This document shows, one piece after another, positions 11,919 through 47,038 of a DNA stretch of 64,000 nucleotides. The notes beneath the pieces are model-generated. The model saw only the letters and a program-made list of their open reading frames with translations, had not been told where the DNA came from and ran no database searches. The DNA is taken from positions 1 through 64,000 of the forward strand of contig RHPI01000008.1 in NCBI GenBank assembly GCA_009103225.1. The letters run 5' to 3'. A program made the translations under genes and the position numbers. This stretch comes from Chlorokybus atmophyticus. Taxonomy: Eukaryota; Plantae; Mesostigma and Chlorokybus algae. How positions within the stretch are numbered: position 1 is the stretch's first letter; each line of letters begins with the position of its first letter.

Positions 11919-13295
11919 ATGTGGCCATAAGGTATGTCACAAGACACATAACACAAACTCTGAGAGATTCTAGCAATCTCATTGGTTAATCATACCCAAG
12001 GGTGAGAAACTCTTGAAGATGATTGGTGTAAATAGGTGAATGTGCGATTACATGCCACAAGTTGGATGGCCGCCTAAGATTACACTAGGGTCCGAACGAA
12101 GTACCTTTGGTGGATACACCCACCTTGAGGAGTAGATAAGCCACAAGGGTAAATAAGTGAGCTAGCATGAGAGGTCAAGGCATTGGTGCTGGGTTGGTGG
12201 CATTGCCTTGGTGTGCGCGCTCGCGTGGGTCATCCTAGTGGGGTGTTCGGGTGAGAGGCCATTCAAGGTGGTGCCAAGCTGCTTCAACCTCAAGGTTTGT
12301 TGCTTGTCCTCGTGTAACACTTGTGTGTGAGTGTGTTCACATGGAGGGCGTGCTTACCTCGTGTAACACTTGTGTATGAAAATGTATGCACGGTGTGAGT
12401 GAGTGCTTGCACTTGTGTGTGAGTGCGTGCACAAGGTAGAGTGCATAACCTTCTTGGGTGAGAGCTAAGTGCTCAAGCCTAGGGTGGCGTTACTTATATG
12501 CATTGTATGTTGTTGACGGGGTCGCTTGTCTAATGGCATCATACTACAACAATCATAAAGTAATATATCAAATATGTACCGATAATATACTTGATAATAT
12601 ATGCATCGTATGTTGTTGATGTTATGACTTGCCATCACGAACAACATTGACAAACAATTCATATCAACCGTAATCTGCATAATTTACATAACAATGCAAA
12701 AGTTGATGTACAATGAGTATTGATAGTATGAGCATGATACCATTGCTATGATGTAACACAATGTGCCATAAATAAAGGTGCTGTGCAACTGAGTTTGCAG
12801 CATGCAACCAAACTCGGGAAACATAGTAGCGAATGCTTGATATTGTTTCATCAGGCCCTGTTAAACCTCAACTTTATACCAACTGTTGCTTGATTGACAT
12901 TATGAAAGTGTAACATGTGACACATAACAGGTCGCGGACAGTTTATGTTGTACATTACGTGTGAAAGGCTGACCACAATTGTATGACCCATTGCATGCTC
13001 CACTCCACGTGCTTTGGGTACAGCAATGCAAAGTGAGGGAAGAGCTTGCAGATCATATCTGAGCAGACTTCGTGGGTCAACGCCACATGGACAGAATTCG
13101 CTGCATTCATCCTATGGATCCATACGCCATCATGCTAGACCCTTTGCAAGGACACTCACCATCTACGCAAGCAGGCAACAAGCTCACATACACAGGCACA
13201 ACAACCCCTTCCATTAGTAGTTTACCTGGCGCTTACTCCAATGAACATGCTATTGCTGGTAGCAAACAACTTTGACATCGTGCTCTGCACGGTGC

Positions 13296-16200
13296 TTACT
13301 TGACCACCTTCGGCACATACTGATACAAGCGTAGCTTGCCTGCCAAAGACATGTCTTCAGCATCCTCAGCACCTTCTACACCATCCCTGCCACCAACAAG
13401 TTCAAAGATGAAAACACGCCCCGTCTCGGGCTTCTGGAAGTCGAAGCAAAGCCCGATGTTTTCCTTGACAGCCGGCACAGCAAATCCACCAAGTGTGATT
13501 CCTCGCTTGTAAGAGTCTCCAACATCAGATTCAGCCTGTAGCACCAAATCCGTTATTGGTTGCAGCCTACAGCAGTCTGATTGCAGAAGACCAATCTGTA
13601 GTTGTTACCTGCATTGAGGTCACCCGTATGTAAGCACTGGCACCAGCCTCCTTCTCATGGCCGGTGGCCTCAGCAGCCAAGCCAGCACCGTCTTCTTTAC
13701 TGCTTGACGGGTTCTTTTGCAAATCCATGTCCAACCGGAACCCGCTAACATATGATGTCAGCGCTGCAATTGTTATCTCCACCACCCTGCCTCCGAGCCG
13801 CACCTCCTCGGACACAACATTCACCTGAACAAGAACACGCACGGCTTGGGTTTGTACCTGAGCTCTCCCGCAAGATGGACAGCAACGTTGAAAACTGATA
13901 AGCACAGCGCCGTGACACAGTCAGCTTGCTTGACGAGAACAATGCACTGGTTACAATAAGAATTTGGCACTGCTCAAAGCTGGCTACATTACGGAGGTCA
14001 ACACCACGATGTGTTGTAACCACAGAGCTGTCATCTGCTTAGTTTAGGGCATACTGCAACGGCAAGTGCACGCTACAAACCTTTGCCCGTGCTTCAGTTG
14101 GCTGCTCCTCCAGCAGACTCTGCAACTTTGCTCGCTCTGCAGGTGTCAGACGCTCGGAACCATTGCTTAGCAATTCTCTATGTAGAATGCGCTCTCCAAG
14201 TATGTACAATCTGCCCATATGCAATGTGCTTGAGCTGCGAGTGGCAGTAGCTGCTGTCCCAGACTGTGAAGTGGCCATTGGTACTGCGCCGCCCATTCCA
14301 GCGCTCAACTCCCAAAGTGACATAAGTGATGCATCCCCGGGCGGGGCAGCAGGGGAGGCTGAGACTGCCGTCACCGCAACTTTCGGCAAAGAAAGCCTCA
14401 ACCACACAACGCGACACTGCACTGCTGATGGCAACGAGTAGGCTAGATGTCTTCCTGATGCGATGTGCACTGGCGCGCTGGATGCAGAGTTCTGAGAAGC
14501 AGACTCCCATGCACCAATGTCCCACCTCCCCTGGAACATGCGGTCTGCTATGCTGTTTCCAACCCAGACATCCACCTACGACAACATGTAGTTCTCAGCA
14601 GATACATTACAACAGAAATAACCAGGAAGCCACTTGCCAGGGCAAGCATTTTGCGCCAAGCAGCTACACAGCAGGCAACAAATGGTGCAGATGCTTGCTC
14701 ACCAGGGGAACATCACTGTCACTGTAGCCCAGTAGATCCACTCCAATGACAATGCGCGTCAAAACTGCTGGCCATGACAGCGCAATCACCAACTCCACTT
14801 CCGACACGCCAGGCGGTGCTTGCCAGTTTTGCTGGTATGTTGATGAAGACTGTCTCACGCCTCCGGTACACAACAACACGTCCGCAGTTGCAGATGTAGA
14901 TGCTGTTGGCACCTGCAACGGACGTGTTCAGAACTCGCACGACAACACACACGACAACACACACAGTTTGTTCAACAAACTGCACTTACATCCCGTAGGA
15001 AGCCTGCTAATGGAAACACAGCAAGCGATGACTCCTCCTTTGCAAAACTTAACCCCGGCAGACGAGGGGCTGCGGACAAATCTCTGCAGGTAAGATTGGC
15101 TGTGCCGCAGCCAAGGAGCTTCATATCCGCCAACGCCTGCGAAGCGGCTGCCCATGCCCTGTCCTTGCGCCTGGCAGCTGCCACCTTAAGCACCTGCCGC
15201 AGCAGTCGAGCTGCGGCCAACACACCACCTGTAGCACAGCCGTTGGCACTGAGTCGCCATGTCAAAGCCTGCACTAAGTGCAATGCTAACCTTGTGTATC
15301 AGCAGCATCGTTGCGGTGAGGGGAGCCCACTTTGTCGCGGCTGACACTGGCATTGTCAGATGCTTGGGCCAAGCGTCTCAGCTGCAGGGCGTTTTCTGGT
15401 CCTAAGTGACTGTTTGGGTCGAAAATTGAAGGGTCAAAGCCAGCACTGCGCAACATATGATTCCGTAGTAGGGCGGACAAGCCCAGGTTCCAGCGAGAAA
15501 GCTCTAGCTCCAGCACGTCAACCAACTTGAGCTGATGCCGCAAGCCGGTGAGCACCAATCACATGCACAATGTCATAGCAATGATACAAAGTGCAGCACT
15601 AGTATGCAGGGTCGGGATATGTTCAACCCACGAACAGAATATAAGTAGGCACAATAACATTGCTCACTGCAAGTCTTTGCACCTGCTGCAGGTGCTGGTT
15701 GCTGCACGTGCTTCTAACGAGCCGCAGGTACTCAGCGCTACGTTGTTGTTCCTGCGGCTCAGCTGACGCAGACTTCTGACTCCCGTTTGTTAAGCCCCAC
15801 GCTGCAAGTGCTGGCTGCCGTGCATCGCCACTGGAAGGAAGCTCTGAGCCTTTTGCATCCGACGGACTCAGAGTTGCAAAATCTAGTAGCGACGCCAAGT
15901 CATTGCCAGAAACTGAAGCGGTTGCCTGCCCTTGCGTGCCAGAGCCAGTAGATGACCCAAGCTGGGTGTTGTGAAACAGGTTTGGAGCAGAATCTGCTTT
16001 GTGCAGGTGCTCAAACGGTCTGACAGGTGTTTCCTTGGGAGACAAGCTGCCAGCCGACCTTGCCACAGTGCTTTTGGCTTGATGCACACCGTCACCATTT
16101 GCTTGCGCCGCATCAGCACGGTGAATGCTGCGTATCTTGGCCTCAATGTTTACAAGTGCATCACGCGCTTGACTGGCATGATCGCCGCGAACCAGTGTCT

Positions 16201-19200
16201 CGCCCAACACTTCCACCTGCGAAGCACTTGCCTGGTTCAAGAGGGATGCAAACGCATCTGCCTGGTGTGACTTGACACTACACGCAAGCCCTCTTCAGAA
16301 CATAAGTGCTTACCTGCCCTATGGTGAGGTGGCGCTGGCCACCAGCATAAAATGTTATTTGCACTATCCTGGAAAAGTAACTGATATCCTCGTCCTTCTC
16401 GTCAAAATCGTAAAGAATGGTCAAGCTCTCGGGGTCTTGCTCACCATCAGCAACTGAAGAGCGTATGTTGTACAGCAGCTGCGTCCCATGCGCAGCGCGA
16501 GGTAAAGGCACCTGCTTGGCGGCATAATGAAGAGAATCCAGCGTACGGCCAACTTGAACATCAAAGCTGGATGGGCTGGACGTATCTACCAAGCCATGCG
16601 CAACGGTCAACACCAATTGACGTACGCGACACGGCTCCAGTAAAGAGATCACAAGATCAACAGCTTGCACGCCTGCTGGACAAATCCAGCATGTGTTTCT
16701 GGCGGAAGTGCTCAAAAGCATAGCAGATGCTGTCAGCGCCATAGAAATGCTTGGCAATGGCTGCAACAGGAATGCTGGTGGACGGGACAAAACTTGCATA
16801 GGGACTGCTGGCACTCCAGGTAAATGCACACTACGTCGCAGGCCCAAGAAGGTCTCCAGCTGCGCTTGACGAGAACTGTCAACAACCATGTTGAGGTATC
16901 TGCGCTGCAGGGAGATAGCCATGTTTGTGGCTGCGGCACCACGGCGATGTTTCTGCGCCTGATCGCTAAATAGGTGGATAACAGATGAGTGCATTGCTCG
17001 CGACCCTGTATACAGCGTGGCATGTATGTCTCCTGCAGTTTGAAACATCTCCGCAAGCGCACCGAGCGCTGAAGGTAGGATGCCAACTTTGACCTCCTCA
17101 AACTGAGGCCGCTCGAGCAGATGCCAGGGTCCTCTGGAGGAAGACTGTCCTACGACGTTAGTTGCAGAACCGGCACTGGATGCCAGATCCACAATGGCTG
17201 CTGCTGCTGTGACTTCTAACCCAGCGGCACCGTCAATGTCGTTTGGCAAGCCTGGATGGACCCAAGTGGTGCTGCGTGTTCTATGGTCAATATAGAAGCT
17301 TCGCCCAGTCATTGGGTCAACGCGGGCCTCCCAATTTGCGGGAAGAGGCGGCTCTCGTGAGGTGACCGCGCTAGGAGTCAGAATTGCACGCCCTTGCGGC
17401 GACAGAAGCACTGCAGTGGCAGCTGCTGAGGTGTCTACAGAGATGCCCAAACGTCGGCACTGCTCTGCAAGCACCTGCACGGCGCCGAAGAAGCTAGCAG
17501 CATTTGTCCTGTCAAGGGAGTCGGCGCAATTGTACCGAACCACTCCATGCTGCCGTTTGGATATCTGGCACGCTTCAGCCGGGATGCCCACAACAGGATC
17601 ATCCAAACTCTCACTTGAAAAGCTGCCGGCTGTGAGATCGGTGTCGAAAAACGCATTGCGCAGCAATGCCCAGAGCCCTTCCACGGTCTTCACCTCACCA
17701 ACTAATTTAACATTGGCATGCCAGTCAAAGTTCTGTAACTGCAAAGACCAATTCAAAAGCTGTCCAGTGGCGCGGACCTGCTGCACTGACTCCTGCAAGA
17801 AACAAACCCTTGCATGAGACACAGCAGGAATAATTATTGGTTGTCAGCAACTGGTGTAACGTCTCCACGAGTCTCAGATGCCACAATTCCGTGCCCACAG
17901 CCATAGATACATAGGCGATGCAATGCACTCTGCTTATGTATGACATTATGCCATGTCAAGAGGCCACAGAGCTTTGCCAGCAACAAGGTGCTTACCGCGA
18001 AGTTCTCTGACAAAATCATTTCAGACCGCCCTTGTGCACAGCGTAACAAGTTGATGCATGTAATTGAGCGAGAAGAGCCCTGCACAAACAGGTAAGATAA
18101 TGCTACTGGTGTAAAAAGAGCCAGGCCTCACAACTACTACACGTACCGTGGAGGTTTCAACCGGTTTCCGCCTGCTCTCACCACTGTAGCGTAGGATTAG
18201 TCGTTTGTAGTAGTCCGCACAGCCCTCAAAAGGCTCATCTCCAATGTATATCTCCGCTTCACCTACCGTTGACTTGATCTCTGCACCCCACCAGATGGGC
18301 ACAGTCCCTCGACGCCAGAGGTATGAAGACCAAAGATGTACAGCTGGAACTGAACCCTGCACAGGCTGCTGCATCCAAACAAGCTGCTCGCACTCAGCTT
18401 CATTGCCTGTAAACTTAAAGTAGTCGGTACAATTCTGCAAGTTTAAAAGCAGCGCGCATGACAAACAAGAGTCTTCACAAGAAACTTCATCACCTGTGCT
18501 AGCAGCTGCATTGAGACCGCGAGCAAGGTAACGCGTGCCAGGATGAAGACGACTGCGACGGGCAATAAGTGCCACTGCCCACTTCCTCCCAGATGTATCA
18601 ACAAGACTTCTACTGTCCGCAATACCCTATGAACAGAGGGTTTAGCAAACTCTGGACACCACCACTGCAAGTATTGAGTGTGTTGGAACAGAGTCACATA
18701 CACTTGAGCTAACCAGTCCGGACAGGCCATTGTCACGATATACATCATCCACCCACGTAGAATGCCCTTGCCTGTAATAGCACGACACAGTGCCTTTGAA
18801 GCCCCACGGCTGTGAAGGGCAGCGACAGCCACTGATTCCAAACAAACTCTGCTTCGGGCTCATCAATGCTGTACTCGCTGGGGAAAGGGTGCGTGATGTC
18901 CGCAGTCTCGGAGTAGTAATGCAGGTCATCTATTGGAATGCTAACTAGCGACTCAGCAGCTTTGTTTTGACGCGGCCATGCGCGGGGGAGCCGCAAGTTT
19001 ATCCGTACCCACTGGCTGTCGGTGATGGTGTAAACCGGACCGCCAGGTAGCCCATCAATGGATGCTCGAACTTTTGTGGCCACTAGCAACAGTGAATACG
19101 CTCCAACAACCAAGTAACCAATGATGGCACGACCCTGCAGGGAGTTTTTCACCTTGGCGCCAGCTGTTACTGCTTGAAGTGCTTCCCATTCAGAACCAAA

Positions 19201-19398
19201 CACATCGACCCCTGTCACGCCAGTGTAGCGCAGAGCGCCAGTGCTTGGATCAATTCCGATGACTTGAGTGTCCTTGCGTGTGCCAAGGCTTGCGATGATG
19301 CAAAATTCCCCACTCTCAAGCTCAACAACCAGAATTGTCGTTTGCCGATTACTTTGCCCGCTACCGACTTGGCTTGCCGTCGTTCCTGCAGCAGCCAT
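13296..19398 (-). CDS. SAC9: SAC9-type phosphoinositide phosphatase (SAC domain + WW domain + long C-terminus), multi-exon
   Basis: The N-terminus TILVVELESGEFCIIASLGTRKDTQVIGIDPSTGALRY resembles the start of plant SAC9. Also ARRSRLHPGTRYLARG, RRGTVPIWWGAE, catalytic RYNCADSLDRTN, WW domain LPANWEARVDPMTGRSFYIDHRTRSTTWVHP and C-terminal SLAGKLRLYQY. ATG at 19398; the exact last exon is uncertain. Confidence 0.93.
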
Positions 19399-20118
19399 CA
19401 GAACAAGACACTCTGCGTCATGTGATGTAATGGAAATGCAATCTGCATGCAACCCAGTGGGATGCACAATCAATGAAAACATAGTTTGTGCTTGTGTACA
19501 AGGTTGAGCAACAGTGCGTGCACGCTGCCATGATGAAGGCCACCATGTGTTCGTGCGGTGTACTACAGCACAGCGACGTGCCGCAACAACAGGACGCTTT
19601 GCATAACTGATCAACCACAGCACGTGGAAGCCACACAGGCCCACATACAATCTACGCGTTGGCCATGTCTCAGGTGCCTTAGCGAAGAAACCAGCAACTA
19701 GACACAACATCCCAATATACAAGGACTTGAAGCAAACAAGCACGCTAGCAATCAAGCAGGCAGGCAAGCAATTGCGCACATAGGCGATCAACACGTACTT
19801 TGGTCGGTGGCCATGTATGAAATGCCTTAACACAGGGAGCCACTACCCAACAACTCTCGCCCGCATGATCTCCTCATACACACGCAGCAACGTGTTCAGC
19901 TAAGTATGCACGCAAGCAAGTGGCAGCGTGCGGCGTCGCCGCCGGCCGCCGCTGCCACTTGCTTAAGCAGGTACGGGACATTAGCTTCATTTACAACTTG
20001 AGGCTGTTTGCTTGGAATTCAGTATCTTAACGCCTGTTGTCAAATGCGGTTAAGGCACTGAACGACTGTGCACAAGCTTAATTAGGTCAGCCAGGCGGTG
20101 GCATGGGCGGGGTCTGTC

Positions 20119-23100
20119 ATGGAGACGTCCGTGGCGGTGCCGGCGTGGTCAGAGCTGTTCCTGTCAAAGGTGAGAGCAGTGACAGGCACTCAAGCACTAA
20201 GCAGCGCTCTGCTGTTGCAGTAATCTGTGCGCTGGCGCTTTGCTGTAGTCGCGTGTACTCACACGTGTGTCCGCCTGCTTCAGCAGCACACACACATACT
20301 TACTTCACTATGCTCGAGACTTTACGTTAGGGGCAAAGTCGTCTACACGTGCACTTTAACTCTTTCGTTATGTGAGAGTGTTGAGACTACTTGTATTGTC
20401 ATCGTGGATGGCTTGCCCTGAAGCCTTTCATCGGAAACCCACACAATTGTTCTGCTAGCAGCCCGTATGGCGTGCAATCAGCAACATTCGCTGCAAGGTG
20501 TGACATGACGAGCTGCAGTCTAGTGCCAGTTGCCTGAGTTTTGTTTTGGATACTCACGCTATGGCCATGGAGGGCCAATTGGTGCAACAATGTGCTCGTA
20601 CTGTTAGATTGCTTTTTGCGTATACGGTTGGGGCATGCATAAGTTGTGGCACTGCTTATGCACAAAGACAGATACGCGTAACTCTTATCTTACACGTACT
20701 GTACAGTAGCACGCATGATGACTGTTGGTCGGTGCAATGGCAGTCTGTTGTTGGTGTTTGCATGTGGCAAAAACGTTGCGTTAATCCTAGGTGCAGGAGC
20801 GCAACTTCCGTGAAGCGCATGCATTCAAGGAGCTGGTGGAGGTGCAGTTGTCGCTCCTGGCCTTGTCGCAGGAGCTTCGGCGCCGGCTGTCAGTAATCGA
20901 GGACGAGTGCGGTTGGTACCTGCTTTGTAGCAGCACACATGTAGGCCTATGGGCTTGAAGTTAAAATCCGTGAATAACCTGACAGCTGTATGGTTGGTGT
21001 ATCGCAGTTGCCTTGCGCGAGAGCAATGACACCTTGAACGCGGATGTTCAGAAAGCAAAAGAGGCAGGTGCCAAAAGCGCTGAAGCAGCAGCCGCACAAG
21101 AGCGGTGTATCGCTCTTCAGGTGTGCATCCCACTTGGCATGATGAACCCAAATCACGATTCCACGGACTTTGCTCCATTATGTAACATCTTATGATGCAG
21201 GCCGAGTTGAACCAAGCTTACAAAGAAAATGCTGCAGTGTCACAACAGCTCGTTGCGGCCACATCGCAGGAAAAGGCATGCGCAGCTGCTTGCTACACAT
21301 GTCCGTCATATTGTGCTCATCCGTCACTCAGTCTTATGGCTGTTTGTTGACATTGTGTATGGTTGGTAGGGTTTGCGAGATAGCTTGGAAAGGGTGACTT
21401 TGCAGTTCAAAGATACAACCAGTCAGCTGTCTGAAGCCAACATGCGCTGTGACAAACTCTCAGGTGCCAGCTGCGTGTTTATGCGCTTGCATGATGAAGC
21501 TGCTTGTGAAAGAAAGCAGCCATTGCGCTTGCTACTAAACGAAAACTTATTATGTTAACAGCGGAGGTGGCACAATTGAAAGCTGCACTGGATTCTGCTG
21601 TGCAGGAGCTGAACGCCGCTCGAGAAGCACGGGACAAAGACAGAGAGACAGCCACGCGCCTGCAAGCAGACAACCAGTCGCTTATTAGCAGATTCATGGA
21701 AGAAAAGCAGAAGGTGGACTGCTTCATTGCATACTTGGTGGTGTGTTCCTTCTTGTCCCTGTAGCGTCAGCTGAAGCAGTGTCAATTGCTTTGCAGGTGG
21801 CGGAACGAATGAACGAGGTGAACGCTATGCAGCAAGACATGGAGAAGAAGCTGCGAGAACAAGTCAAAACTCAAGAGCTTCTGGCTGCCACACAGCGCGA
21901 TATTACAGGTAAGTATTACCACTTGCTGCGAGCATGCCACTGCTCATTATTGCTCTGGTTGCCTTGATCTGTCACACAAACATTATGCCATCTGCAGGGG
22001 TGGTGGGATCCGGCCCAGGCAGCGTCTTGCTCGAAGACAACATGATGGTGGCCGGTTCACTCGCCATGATACCATCTCGTGCGACAAAATCTTTCCAAGC
22101 GCACGACGGAGGTTGCATGGCCGTTCACTTCCCCCGAAGTGGATCACCTCTGGCTACTTGCGGCAACGATCGCATGGTCAAGCTGTGGGACCCGCTGACA
22201 GGGATGCTGCAGACTACACTGCAGGTATAGTTGAGTGGCTGACCTCGGGTGAGGCGTATGAAGCAGCACCCCAACAACAAATATTACATGGGACCTGCAG
22301 GGAGCCAAAGGAGCTTTGCTAGATGTCGTTGAGTCGATTGACGAGCGGTGCATACTGGGTGCCGGCAGCGACTACAAGATACTGGTTTGGCAGGTCAGGC
22401 TAAGCGAATATCTCTTGTTTGGCGGGTGGTCACCTGCAGGTTGCCGCTCGCAAATATGACCAATGAATGCTTGGCATGGCATTGGTTTTGATTGACTCTA
22501 CTTTGCGTATGTGCCAGACTTCTACAGAAAGAGTGCGACACCACCTCACAGGGCATGCGGAAAAAGTAGTGACGGTAGACATATCTTCATCAGATTTCTC
22601 GCGCGCTGCAAGTGGTGCTCACGACAGATGCATTAAGGTCTGGGACCTCAACAAGGGCTTCTGCGTTCAAACAGTGGTATGCCACAGCAACTGCAACTCG
22701 CTTTGCATTACCAGTGATGGCACAACCATCTGCTCCGGACACTTTGATGGGCATCTGCGCTTCTGGGACATGCGGTCTGGCAAATCCACAAACGAGGTGC
22801 CTGGGCTTCATGCCCAACAGGTAGCAGCACTGTAATGCAAAGAAGTTGCAAAGAAGTTTTAACATACAACCACCTGTTTGTATTATACTGCACACCTGGA
22901 TGTGCATGCATTGTCCTTAGTAGGCATCCAAAGCACGTCTCAGCTGCTATCCCGTCGTGCAGCTGCTACATTACTTGACAATTGTACAGGTGACCTCTGT
23001 AAGTACAGCTCCTGGTGGGTACAACATAGTGTCAAGCGGCCGTGACAACCTTGTGAAGATGTTGGACATGCGCACGTATGAGGTGAAGGGCAGTTTTCGC

Positions 23101-23334
23101 GCGTCAGGTTACCGCGTAGGCACAAGCTGGAATAGGGCGTGCGTTAGCCCCGATGAACGCTATGTTGCGGCGGGGTCAATGGACGGCAACCTTTACGTGT
23201 GGAACACGGTAACGTATGCGCTGGCATCCACACTTGGTGGAGGCTCATTGCCGGTGCAGGCGTGCGCCTGGAGTCCCAGAGGTCGCATCCTTGCGAGTGC
23301 AGACAAAGCTGGTATGGTGACGCTGTGGGAGTAG
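20119..23334 (+). CDS. ATG16: Autophagy protein ATG16 (coiled coil + WD40 repeats), multi-exon
   Basis: Exon 1 METSVAVPAWSELFLSK|GTGAG; VQERNFREAHAFKELVE; coiled-coil exons; WD40 exons AHDGGC...DRMVKLWD, LTGHAEKV...SGAHDRCIKVWDL, CSGHFDGHLRFWD, SPDERYVAAGSMDG, ...VTLWE-TAG. Confidence 0.88.
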
Positions 23335-23694
23335 CTGCTTGGCTAGAACCCAACCCTGTTTGTACAAAAGCACAAGTGCGTGCATTGATACTCTGGGCCA
23401 TGGCAGTGCACTGTCTGGGCTGCCAAAATGGTGTGATGCAGCTCTTGCGTGCGTATGTCATGAGGGCACAGCATGCGCATTGTGGATTTATTGTTGACTG
23501 GGCTGTAAGAAGGGGCACGCCTCCTTGTTTCTGAGTATGCAGCATTCGCCATGCACAACACGAGCCACATTGCTGTGTGCAACCTGTGGTTGCCTTTTTT
23601 TTATAAACACTTCAGCTTGAGAGCGCGCAATTAACCAGGACTGTCGTTATGTACAGTAGCCAACCTAAGCTGCATGCAAATATACTCAATAGAT

Positions 23695-46629
<22,935 letters not shown>

Positions 46630-46744
46630 GTTAATCGCTCATCACCTCATGCCCATCCTCCCTTCCCCCATCGCCGCTGCCGACCACACCAACAACCAGG
46701 ACGACACCCACAAACCTAACAGCAACCCACTAGACTGCATTGAG

Positions 46745-47038
46745 TTAGGGTTTGAAAAGTTAGGGTTTGTTTGGTTGCTGCTTCGCTCGTAGCAGCGTTT
46801 TGAAAGGGTTATTTTCAGCTTCTCGGCACGTGTTGTGGCACGGATGTCACGCATCACGCTGGTAAGTTGCGTCATGCTTTGGAGTCGGAAAGTTACGTAA
46901 CGTGCGGAAACTTCCCTTCCGCTCTGACAAGTAAGATGGCGGAAGTGGCGCGTAGATACGGGCTGCAGGCGGCGGCGGCGGCGGCGGCAGTGGCGCGGAC
47001 GGTGAGGGCAGCGTGGTGGTTAGGGTTTGTGAAGTGGT
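46745..47038. promoter_or_regulatory. Three telo-box motifs (TTAGGGTTT / AAACCCTAA) around the dynein / F-box divergent promoter
   Basis: Exact TTAGGGTTT at 46745-46753, 46760-46768 and 47030-47038. Confidence 0.6.

Noticed and set aside
11935-12922. Possible solo LTR (TGTCACA...TGTGACA)
   Set aside because: Flanks do not form a target-site duplication and the two halves differ in composition; probably repeat debris that I could not classify.
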